A program made the position numbers and the translations under genes. From an uncultured bacterium (GTDB lineage Bacteria; Abyssobacteria; SURF-5): 22,173 nucleotides of DNA. The stretch is from assembly GCA_964510165.1 (NCBI GenBank), contig CAZEBC010000022.1:4062-26234 (forward strand), read 5' to 3'. Shown in pieces: positions 14,177-22,173 of the stretch. The notes beneath the pieces are model-generated. The model worked only from the letters and a program-made list of their open reading frames with translations. It was not told the origin of the DNA and did no database searches. The stretch's first letter is position 1. Every line of letters begins with the position of its first letter.

Positions 14177-17100
14177 ATGTTATCGAACTTTTTTTTGGAC
14201 CGCCCGGTCTTCGCATGGGTCATTGCGATTGTGATGATGCTGGCAGGCGGGCTGGCGATTTATAACCTGCCGATTTCGCAGTATCCCCCGATCGCTCCCC
14301 CCTCGATTTCGATCAGCGCTTTTTATCCCGGGGCTTCCGCCGAGACGGTTGAAAACAGCGTGGTCCAGATCATTGAGCAGAAGATGACGGGCTTCGACAA
14401 GATGCTTTACATGTCGGCCACTAGCGACGCATCCGGCGCGGGAAGAATTGAACTCACGTTTGCTCCGGGGACCGATCCGGACCTTGCCTGGGCCCAGGTG
14501 CAAAACAAACTGCAACTCGCTATGGCGAGCCTGCCCGACGTGGTGCAGCGCCAGGGGGTCAAGGTCAGCAAATCCACAAGAAACTACCTTATGCTGGTGG
14601 GCTTGACCTCGGAAGACGGCAGCATGGACATGATTGACTTGGCGGATTACGCCCAATCCCAGGTTGAGAACGTGCTGGCGCGGGTGCCGGGTGTGGGCGA
14701 AGTGGAAAGCTTCGGTTCCCAGTATGCAATGCGGGTGTGGCTGAATCCGGATAAGCTGACCGATTATCGGTTGACGATAGAAGACGTGGTCCTCGGCCTT
14801 CGCGCCTATAATGTCGAGGTTTCCGCCGGCCAATTCGGCGGGGCTCCCGCGGTGAGAGGCCAACGATTGAACGCCTCCATCATTGTCCAGAACCTCCTGA
14901 AGACACCTGAAGAGTTTGCCGCAATCCCCTTGCGGGTCAATGCAGACGGCTCTGTCGTGCGGGTGCGGGACGTGGGGTGGACGGAATTGGGCGCCGAGCG
15001 TTACGAGACGCAATCACTTTACAATGGCAAGCCTGCCTCTGTGCTGGCCGTGCGGCAGGCCGCAGGCGCCAATGCGCTGGACACCGCGGACGCCGTCAAG
15101 GCCACCATGAAGGACTTGGAGAAATATTTCCCGTCCGGGATGAAGGTCATCTATCCCTATGACACCACGCCCTTCGTGAGAGTGGCCATCGAAGAAGTGG
15201 TCAAGACACTGTTTGAGGCGATTCTGTTGGTCTTCCTGGTGATGTATCTGTTCCTCGGAAACCTAAGGGCCACGCTCATTCCGACCATCGCGGTGCCGGT
15301 GGTCATTCTGGGGACTTTCGCAGTGCTAGGGTTGTTCGGATTCTCCATCAACATGCTGACCATGTTCGCCATGGTGCTGGCCATCGGGCTTCTGGTGGAC
15401 GACGCCATCGTAGTAGTGGAGAACGTGGAACGCGTCATGAAAGAGGAAGGACTGCCGCCCAAGGAAGCGACCCGCAAGTCCATGGGAGAGATCACGAGCG
15501 CGTTGATTGGCATCGGGCTGGTGCTGGCGGCGGTATTCGGCCCCATGGCTTTCTTCGGCGGCTCGACCGGAGTCATATATCGGCAATTCTCCATCACCGT
15601 CATCGCCGCAATGTTGTTATCGGTTGTGGTGGCGCTGATCCTGAACCCTGTTCTTTGCGCATCGCTTCTCAAGCCGGTGGCAAAGGGGCACGAGCCTGCC
15701 GAGACCGGCTTCTTCTTGTTCCGGCCATTCTTCCGCTGGTTTGATCGGGTTTTCTATCGTGTAAGAGACGGCTATCAGGCGATGGTCGGCCGGATTCTTT
15801 CCAGAAAACTGCGTTACCTGTTCATTTATGTCCTTATTGCAGCGGCCCTGGGTTTTCTGTTCCGACGAATGCCGACCGCATATCTGCCCGATGAGGACCA
15901 AGGCATCATGTTCGTCCAGGCGATGTTGCCGACCGGCTCGACCCTGGAGCAGACCGAGCAGGTCATGACGACTGTCCGAAACCATTTCTTGATGGACGAA
16001 AAAGAAGCGGTCGAATCCATCATGTCGCTGAGCGGCAGGAGTTTTGCCGGGGCGGGACAGAATGTGGGGATGGCGTTCATCAAGCTCAAGGACTGGGAAC
16101 TGCGCGACCGGCCTGAGCTGAAAGTAGACGCGGTGGTCGGTCGAGCGATGTCGGCGTTTTCGAGAATCCGCAATGCACGGGTACATGCGTTTCCGCCGCC
16201 GGCGGTTGTCGAGCTGGGCCAGGCGGGCGGATTCGATTTTCAACTGCAGGATCGGGGTGGGCTGGGTCACGAGGCGCTTATGGCGGCGCGCAACAAGTTG
16301 CTTGACATGGCAAGCCATGACGTGAGGCTGACGCGTGTCCGTCCGAACGGCCTGGAAGATGTGCCCCAATATCGAATCGACGTGGATTGGGAAAAGGCGG
16401 GCGCCCTGGGAGTTCCGATCAACGCCATTCACAACGCGATCTCGGCCTCATTCGGCAGCGCATATGTGAATGACTTCATTCAGGGGGGACGTGTCAAACG
16501 AGTGTACGTTCAGGCCGACGCTCACCACCGCATGTTGCCCACCGACGTGGAGCGGTTGTACGTGCGCAATGAAGCGGGGACGATGACGCCGTTTTCTTCA
16601 TTCGCATCCGGGCGCTGGAGCTATGGAGCATCGCGGCTGGAACGTTTCAACTCCTTCCCTTCGCTGAACATCTGGGGGGAACCGCCGCAGGGGAAAAGCT
16701 CAGGAGAGGCGATGCAGGCGATGGAAGAGATCGTCTCGAAATTGCCGAGGGGCATCGGCTTTGACTGGACGGGGGTGTCTTACCAGGAGCGGATGGCCAA
16801 ATCCCAAGCGCCGCTGTTGTATGCGTTTTCCATGATCGTGATATTCCTCTGTCTGGCCGCGCTTTACGAGAGTTGGACCGTTCCGATTTCGGTCATGCTG
16901 GCGCTGCCGCTCGGAGTCATCGGCGGAGTGGTCGGCACATCGCTTCGCGGCCTGCCGAACGACGTATATTTTCAGATTGGGCTCCTTACCGTCTTGGGGC
17001 TTACAACCAAGAACGCCATCTTGATCGTGCAATTCGCCATGGCCAGGGTCAGAGAGGGAATGGGGCTGATTGAAGCCACGCTGGAAGGGGCCAGATTGAG

Positions 17101-17329
17101 GCTTCGCCCGATCCTGATGACTTCACTGGCGTTCGGGTTTGGCGTGCTCCCTCTGGCGATGGCCAGCGGCGCAGGCGCTGGAGCGCAAACGGCCATCGGC
17201 ACCGGCGTTTTGGGCGGGATGATCACGGCCACGTTCCTGGCGATCTTCTTCATACCCCTCTTCTATGTGGGGGTGGTTCAATTGTTTGAAGGGGGCCTGT
17301 CCACGAAGAGCACAAAGAGGGAGGAATGA
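14177..17329 (+). CDS. acrB: RND efflux permease (HAE1, AcrB/MexB family)
   Basis: 1050 aa. [14 protein letters not shown]...LPISQYP start; [16 protein letters not shown] (proton-relay Asp pair); [19 protein letters not shown]. Confidence 0.96.
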   Translation: MLSNFFLDRPVFAWVIAIVMMLAGGLAIYNLPISQYPPIAPPSISISAFYPGASAETVENSVVQIIEQKMTGFDKMLYMSATSDASGAGRIELTFAPGTDPDLAWAQVQNKLQLAMASLPDVVQRQGVKVSKSTRNYLMLVGLTSEDGSMDMIDLADYAQSQVENVLARVPGVGEVESFGSQYAMRVWLNPDKLTDYRLTIEDVVLGLRAYNVEVSAGQFGGAPAVRGQRLNASIIVQNLLKTPEEFAAIPLRVNADGSVVRVRDVGWTELGAERYETQSLYNGKPASVLAVRQAAGANALDTADAVKATMKDLEKYFPSGMKVIYPYDTTPFVRVAIEEVVKTLFEAILLVFLVMYLFLGNLRATLIPTIAVPVVILGTFAVLGLFGFSINMLTMFAMVLAIGLLVDDAIVVVENVERVMKEEGLPPKEATRKSMGEITSALIGIGLVLAAVFGPMAFFGGSTGVIYRQFSITVIAAMLLSVVVALILNPVLCASLLKPVAKGHEPAETGFFLFRPFFRWFDRVFYRVRDGYQAMVGRILSRKLRYLFIYVLIAAALGFLFRRMPTAYLPDEDQGIMFVQAMLPTGSTLEQTEQVMTTVRNHFLMDEKEAVESIMSLSGRSFAGAGQNVGMAFIKLKDWELRDRPELKVDAVVGRAMSAFSRIRNARVHAFPPPAVVELGQAGGFDFQLQDRGGLGHEALMAARNKLLDMASHDVRLTRVRPNGLEDVPQYRIDVDWEKAGALGVPINAIHNAISASFGSAYVNDFIQGGRVKRVYVQADAHHRMLPTDVERLYVRNEAGTMTPFSSFASGRWSYGASRLERFNSFPSLNIWGEPPQGKSSGEAMQAMEEIVSKLPRGIGFDWTGVSYQERMAKSQAPLLYAFSMIVIFLCLAALYESWTVPISVMLALPLGVIGGVVGTSLRGLPNDVYFQIGLLTVLGLTTKNAILIVQFAMARVREGMGLIEATLEGARLRLRPILMTSLAFGFGVLPLAMASGAGAGAQTAIGTGVLGGMITATFLAIFFIPLFYVGVVQLFEGGLSTKSTKREE

Positions 17330-17394
17330 GTGTCGGCGCGCGCCGTGCGGCCCCGCAATGGTGGTTGCGGTCAATTGGGCGAAGCGTGGCCGGC

Positions 17395-17423
17395 GGGGGC
17401 AGGCGCGGGGGGCTTGCCGCTAC
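17395..17423 (-). repeat. Degenerate GTAG-type REP
   Basis: Reverse complement GTAGCGGCAAGCCCCCCGCGCCTGCCCCC; similar to 18528-18555 and in the same orientation. Confidence 0.65.
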
Positions 17424-17451
17424 AGCCAATTCACAGAATTTCACGGCGTCT

Positions 17452-18459
17452 TTACGCCGAGTATGGCGGCAGTTCCTCGCCGAGGGCGAGGCGGCAGAGG
17501 TCGCTGAGCATGTAGATGTCGAGGCCGCGCTCGGTGCAGCCGCCGCCGAGTCCTCGGATGCACACCGGGCAAAGGAACGCCATCGCGGTGGCGCCGGTCT
17601 GTTTGGCGTCATCGAGATTCCTCCGCTGGAGGGCGGCGCCTTTCTCCATGTCGCGGAACATGAGGGGAAGCCCGCAGCACAGGGCGTTTCTGCGGTCGTA
17701 GGTTCTCCTGACGCGCTCGACGCCGATCAACTCAAACAGCTCGTCGAGCATCGGCTCCTTCTCGGGCGTGTAGCGCGACGCGCATGGGCGCTGGTACGCG
17801 ACTTTCATTCCGAGCTTCTTGACCTCGCTTTTCCGCGCCTTCATTTGGCCGCGCAGATATTCGATGATGTGGATTGGCCGGAACGGCACATCGAGGCCAT
17901 ATTGCTTCGCCTTGGTCGTGGCGGTGGCGTAGCAGTCGTCGTGCACGAACACGATCTCGGGTGCGCCGACGGCGGCCAGATTTGCGATGAAAGATCGGAT
18001 TCCTTTGTCTATCGGGCTTGACTTGCCCATGTGAACCCAGCCTATGTAGCAGAAATAATCCTCGCCCCGAATGTGGGTGAGGTCGTCGAAAAGCGAGCCC
18101 TCGAGCGGCCTGGGAAGGGCGGGCTTGATGACGCATGAGGAGATGGCGGGCTTGCCGGGCGCTCCCTTTCGGACTTCGTTTCGCCCCTTGCACATGTAAT
18201 CGAACATGCTGACGACCTCGTCGGGAACCTCGAGCGCGTTGGTCTTCTCCTGCGTTTCGCAGATGAGGTCGAAGGGGTTGGCGCCCTTTTCACACCACTC
18301 GTTGCAGGCGGCGCATGTGATGCACTGGCTGGCGACGGAGGTCGGTCTTCCCTCGATGAGCGCGGTCATCTCGGCGATGGCGTGCTCGCGGTCATAGTCG
18401 GTGTGCTGGCATTCGACGAGGCAATCGCCGCACAGGTCGCATTTTGATCGTTCGAACAT
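17452..18459 (-). CDS. Fe-S protein with a 2x[4Fe-4S] domain and CCG (HdrB/HdrD-like) domain(s)
   Basis: Start reassigned to ATG 18459 (AAAGGAG RBS). CDLCGDCLVEC and CITCAACNEWC ferredoxin motifs. YQRPC...ALCCG...FLCPVC is a complete CCG motif; an upstream CCG repeat is degenerate (FCYIG...HDDC). Confidence 0.88.
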   Translation of the reverse strand: MFERSKCDLCGDCLVECQHTDYDREHAIAEMTALIEGRPTSVASQCITCAACNEWCEKGANPFDLICETQEKTNALEVPDEVVSMFDYMCKGRNEVRKGAPGKPAISSCVIKPALPRPLEGSLFDDLTHIRGEDYFCYIGWVHMGKSSPIDKGIRSFIANLAAVGAPEIVFVHDDCYATATTKAKQYGLDVPFRPIHIIEYLRGQMKARKSEVKKLGMKVAYQRPCASRYTPEKEPMLDELFELIGVERVRRTYDRRNALCCGLPLMFRDMEKGAALQRRNLDDAKQTGATAMAFLCPVCIRGLGGGCTERGLDIYMLSDLCRLALGEELPPYSA

Positions 18460-18492
18460 TGTCGTCGCTCCTTTCAGGCAGAAGCCGTTTTC

Positions 18493-18555
18493 GGGCGCGA
18501 TGAATCGCGCCCCTACATCGGCGGCGCGGGGGCAGGCGCGGGGGCCTGTCCCTAC
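18493..18555 (-). repeat. Two tandem GTAG-type REPs
   Basis: Minus strand: GTAGGGACAGGCCCCCGCGCCTGCCCCC (18555-18528) and GTAGGGGCGCGATTCATCGCGCCC (18516-18493). Confidence 0.8.
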
Positions 18556-19508
18556 GAAGCATTGCCGAAGACGACGCGGGTTCCGACGCTGTTCTGGATG
18601 AATGCGTCGGGGAACTCGCGCGCGAATTGGTGTATCGCCTTCCAGCCCGTGCAGTGAGTGGGCAGGACAAAGGCGGGGCGCATCTCCTTGATCGCGGAAA
18701 CGGTCGGTTCGATCACTCTCTCGAACAAAGGCCCGGCCAGGTGGAACCCTCCGATGACGGCGTGGACTTTTTCCACGCCAGTGATCTTGCGCGCGTAACG
18801 TAGCGTGTTCACGATGCCTGCATGGGCGCATCCCGAGATTACCACCAGGCCTTTCCCCTTAACCGCCACCGCTATCGCCTGGTCATCGGGCGTGAGAAAA
18901 TCCGGCTGCTCAACACCATCCACAATGGCGTATTGGACGGGGAACCCGAATTCGAAGGCGGTTTCACGGGGGATTTCGCCGGTGACGAGGAGCATGCCGT
19001 CCGCGAGCGACGACGGACCCTTCTCGCGGACAATCCGCGCGCCCGCGCGCTCGAGTTCCGCCGGGTCGAGCGGGGTCATGCGCACCTCTGTCCCGTCCGG
19101 AATCCTTATGATGCGCGGCGCGAATGCGTGGGGATGAATGACGATGGGGATGCCCGGTCGCAGGCGCTTGAGCGCGGGCGCGAGCGCCTTGATGTGGTCG
19201 ATGTGGCCGTGGCTGATGACGACGGCCTCGACCTGTGAGTAATCTATTCCCAGGCGGTCGGCGTTTATGAGCATGGTGGTTTCGCTGAGGCCGGCGTCGA
19301 GAAGGATGGTATGCGAGGAGTCGCCGTGGGACACCTTGATCAGCGCCGAGAACCCATGTTCGGCGATGAGCGGCGGCGCCGGCTTCCCGTCGCGGATTCG
19401 CGGGGCGCGCTTGACGTGGTCGGCGTTTTCAAGGAGCAGATCGACGACGTTGTCGACCAAGGTGGTGATCTCGACGCTGTCAACCTCTCGGAGTGTGTCC
19501 GGGCTCAT
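18552..19508 (-). CDS. MBL-fold metallo-hydrolase (MJ0301/DHPS-like subgroup)
   Basis: Probable start MSPDTLREVDSVEITTLVDN at 19508. Motifs AEHGFS, LLDAG, SHGHIDH (HxHxDH), DDQA, SGCAHAG, GGFHL and HCTG. Confidence 0.88.
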   Translation of the reverse strand: MSPDTLREVDSVEITTLVDNVVDLLLENADHVKRAPRIRDGKPAPPLIAEHGFSALIKVSHGDSSHTILLDAGLSETTMLINADRLGIDYSQVEAVVISHGHIDHIKALAPALKRLRPGIPIVIHPHAFAPRIIRIPDGTEVRMTPLDPAELERAGARIVREKGPSSLADGMLLVTGEIPRETAFEFGFPVQYAIVDGVEQPDFLTPDDQAIAVAVKGKGLVVISGCAHAGIVNTLRYARKITGVEKVHAVIGGFHLAGPLFERVIEPTVSAIKEMRPAFVLPTHCTGWKAIHQFAREFPDAFIQNSVGTRVVFGNAS

Positions 19509-19631
19509 GGTTTGGTTTTCCTGTTTCCCATAAGCATGTTGAAAATCCCGATGTGGACCGTCCATTTCAAGTTGCATTTGGCCGCGATGCTTCAACTATA
19601 ATATCATATCAAACTGCGGCAAGGTGACTTC

Positions 19632-20066
19632 ATGATGAATGCGATTCGGCGGCTTGGAAAGAATCCGGTATCAGTCCTGCTTGTGGCGGGGCTTTTCCTG
19701 CATTTCGTCATTTCCGTCTTCCCTCTCGCCGCCGAGGTGCGCCTCCTTGCGCGGGAAGCACCGCTTCTGCGCGGGAGGTCGAATGAAGAGAGGCGGAAAT
19801 TGCTTCTTGACGGGAAGCTGGATTTGGTTGAGGACCATGAGTTCATCGCGAGATGCCAGAGGGAACTGCCGATTGACGCCGAGGTTCTCATCATCACGAA
19901 TTTGCCAGCGAACACGTTCATCCTGAATTATTACCTCTATCCCCGAAAGACGAGTGACGCGCCGGAAACGCTGCGCGACGGCCACTGGGCGATTCGCTAT
20001 TTTACGCCAAAGGCGGCGGGACAAAACGTGATAAAAGGTCCGGTTCATGGTGATTCAATTGATTAG
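19632..20066 (+). CDS. Hypothetical membrane-anchored protein
   Basis: 144 aa with an N-terminal TM helix and NYYLYPR motif. AAGGTG upstream. Overlaps the start of the next gene by 20 nt. Confidence 0.65.
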   Translation: MMNAIRRLGKNPVSVLLVAGLFLHFVISVFPLAAEVRLLAREAPLLRGRSNEERRKLLLDGKLDLVEDHEFIARCQRELPIDAEVLIITNLPANTFILNYYLYPRKTSDAPETLRDGHWAIRYFTPKAAGQNVIKGPVHGDSID

Positions 20067-21480
20067 AGCGGTGGCCGCAATACTGACAATAATCATCATC
20101 GGATGCGGCCTGCTGCTGGCGATACTGCGAGATAGACCGATGCGCGGGCTTGGACCGGGCCTCGCGCTCAGCATCGGGTTGGGTTTCGGATTTCTGGCCG
20201 AGTGCTCTCTTGTTTTTCTGGCGATTGGAAGGAAGATGAGCTTTGCCCCCGTGCGCGTCGCTGTCGCCGCAGGCGTCCTTGTCATAATGTACGGATGGAT
20301 GCGACGACGCCCGGATATGTCCGGCGTCGCGCGATGTCGCAGGCGAAAGACGCTGGTACTGGCCGCGTCTGTCGTCGTGGTCATTGTTCTGGCCCTTGTG
20401 ACGATCAACTTGATGATCCGTCCGATGTATCAGTTCGACTCCCGCGCGATCTGGGGAATGAAGGCGAAGATATTGTTTCATGAACGGACGATATTCTCGG
20501 ACGCGGTCATGCAGTTGTCAAGAAATCATCCGCATCCAAGGTATCCGCTGCTGGTTCCCGTCTCGATGGCGTGGGTGTTCGAGAGCATGGGAGAGGCCGA
20601 CGACCGGCTGGTTCGCATTGTGTTCCTGGCTTTCTTCACGGGGCTTGTGGTGGGAACGTACAGCCTTATGCGATTGGGCGGGAGAATGAGCGCCGCGCTG
20701 AGCCTGGCCGCCATGGTCACGGCGCCGTTTCTCTACAGCGCGACGAAGGCGGGCGCTTCGTCGGGATATGCGGACGTGCCCCTGACGTTTTACATTACGA
20801 CAAGCGCGCTGGCGATGCTCATGTGGTTGAAAAGAGGCGAGCGAGGCTTCGGATTTCTGGCGGCTGCGCTCGCCACGTGCGCCGTCCTGACCAAAAACGA
20901 AGGGATCGTTTACGTCGGCAACCTGTTCGTCTGCACCGCGGTTGTTGTGGTGTTTGGGAACAGGCGCGAGGGCGCTGAGGCGGAGGTTTCACCGATAAAC
21001 GCATCATCCCGGATGATGCACCTCGCGCTGTTCGCTGGGGCGGCCGTTCTGTTTCTTGTTCCCTGGCTGGTGGTTCGGACAAAGCTGCCGACGTTTCTGG
21101 ATGAGCACTACGCGCGCCACGTCGGATTCGGCCTCATCTTTTCGGGCCTGGACCGGTTGCCGCTTATCCTGAAGACATTTGGGGCGGAACTCGTGAATCT
21201 TCGCAACTGGGGGCTTGTGTGGATACTGGCGGCGCTCTCGATGCTCAGATGGAACAAATCCTGCGTTACCGGAATCGGGTTTCTTTGTGCGCTCGTACTG
21301 TTGCAGCTGGCGTGTTACGCCGCGATATTCGTGATCACGCCAAACGATCCGGCGGCACACATGAGGGATTCGCTTCCCAGACTGTTGCTGCACGTGCTGC
21401 CGTTGACGGCGGCCGTGTTTTCATTCAACCTTGCCGGAGTTATCTCTCCGTTATTCCCATCCGATCCACTCGACGAATGA
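20047..21480 (+). CDS. Polytopic GT-C fold glycosyltransferase-like membrane protein (PMT_2/RgtA-like)
   Basis: More than 10 hydrophobic segments. Motifs FDSRAIWGMKAK, HPRYPLLVP, GYADVPL, TKNEG and a C-terminal PRLLLH, as seen in uncharacterised GT-C proteins. Confidence 0.75.
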   Translation: MVIQLIRAVAAILTIIIIGCGLLLAILRDRPMRGLGPGLALSIGLGFGFLAECSLVFLAIGRKMSFAPVRVAVAAGVLVIMYGWMRRRPDMSGVARCRRRKTLVLAASVVVVIVLALVTINLMIRPMYQFDSRAIWGMKAKILFHERTIFSDAVMQLSRNHPHPRYPLLVPVSMAWVFESMGEADDRLVRIVFLAFFTGLVVGTYSLMRLGGRMSAALSLAAMVTAPFLYSATKAGASSGYADVPLTFYITTSALAMLMWLKRGERGFGFLAAALATCAVLTKNEGIVYVGNLFVCTAVVVVFGNRREGAEAEVSPINASSRMMHLALFAGAAVLFLVPWLVVRTKLPTFLDEHYARHVGFGLIFSGLDRLPLILKTFGAELVNLRNWGLVWILAALSMLRWNKSCVTGIGFLCALVLLQLACYAAIFVITPNDPAAHMRDSLPRLLLHVLPLTAAVFSFNLAGVISPLFPSDPLDE

Positions 21481-22125
21481 GTCGAGCGGGTCCTTCGTCG
21501 CCTTAAAGGAATTGATGACAGCCTCGTCGTCGGGATATCCGAGCGCGAGGCTGGTGATGATGCGTTCGGTGTCGGGGATGCCGAGTTCCTTTTTGATATC
21601 GGCGGCGTACATGAGCGGCATGCCGATCCAGCACGTGCCGAGGCCCTTTTCCACTGCGAGGAGCATGAGGTTTTGGACGGCTGCCCCTACGGTGCAGATG
21701 TTGTTTTCGCCGAGCGACTGGTCGAGAGTGACGAAGACCGAGACGGGCGCATCGAAGTACTTGAAACTGCCCTTTGCGAACGATTCGAGCGGCAGGTCGT
21801 TCTTCATGAGGAGTTCCATGATTGCTCTGGTGAGGGTTGTGCGGCGCGAGTTGAGCAGTTCCTTGACCGACTCGTCGCCGCCGTCACGCTCGACCTGGAG
21901 CTCGTTGCTGGTCTTTCGGCTTTCGGAAAGGCAATTGAGGAGAATATCGTCGAGCCGTTTCTTCCGATCACCCGCGACGACATAGAATTTCCACGGCTGC
22001 ATGTTGGAGCCGGAGGGCGCGAGGATTGCGGCCCCGAGCAATTCGGTCATGACTTTCTTGCTTACAGGGTCGGGTTTGTATGCGCGGATGCTCTTGCGGT
22101 TGCGCATTGCTTCGATTATATCCAT
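21451..22125 (-). CDS. Nitroreductase-family flavoprotein
   Basis: Start at ATG 22125 (AGGAAAGGA RBS). Motifs RKSIRAYK, APSGSNMQPWKF, FDAPV, QNLMLLAVEKGLGTCWIG and ALGYP. Confidence 0.93.
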   Translation of the reverse strand: MDIIEAMRNRKSIRAYKPDPVSKKVMTELLGAAILAPSGSNMQPWKFYVVAGDRKKRLDDILLNCLSESRKTSNELQVERDGGDESVKELLNSRRTTLTRAIMELLMKNDLPLESFAKGSFKYFDAPVSVFVTLDQSLGENNICTVGAAVQNLMLLAVEKGLGTCWIGMPLMYAADIKKELGIPDTERIITSLALGYPDDEAVINSFKATKDPLDSFVEWIGWE

Positions 22126-22173
22126 GACTGGTCCTTTCCTTATTGGCACATTTCCGTCCCATTTTTCCCTCAC

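Noticed and set aside
17326-18021. 231-aa ORF overlapping the acrB stop, as a possible outer-membrane factor
   Set aside because: It has no signal peptide or OMF features, begins in repeat DNA and is antisense to the Fe-S gene.
18460-18831. 124-aa N-terminal extension of the Fe-S protein
   Set aside because: It overlaps the MBL gene and REPs; the RBS supports ATG 18459.

Overview
GC-rich bacterial genomic window, probably from an anaerobe with a periplasm; taxonomy cannot be fixed from the sequence. From left to right it holds: (1) the 3' end of a GH1 glycoside hydrolase; (2) a promoter-led operon of two paralogous membrane-anchored 11-heme cytochromes c plus an FdnI/HydC-type cytochrome b, i.e. 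a split and duplicated CbcL-like quinol oxidoreductase, in which the second cytochrome c and the cytochrome b are in frame and separated by a single TGA; (3) a minus-strand cluster of a large tandem-MerR regulator, a ThDP enzyme, a divergent class-III PLP enzyme and a sphingosine-1-phosphate-lyase-like enzyme, a candidate sphingoid/amino-alcohol catabolic pathway; (4) a GT-C-like membrane protein; (5) a CecR-like TetR regulator with an AcrAB-type RND pump; (6) a CCG/Fe-S protein and an MBL-fold hydrolase; (7) a small membrane protein plus GT-C pair; (8) a nitroreductase. Intergenic spaces carry several kinds of short palindromic repeat, including GTAG-type REPs. I saw no rRNA, tRNA, CRISPR array or transposase. 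All calls come from reading motifs by eye, with no database searches.
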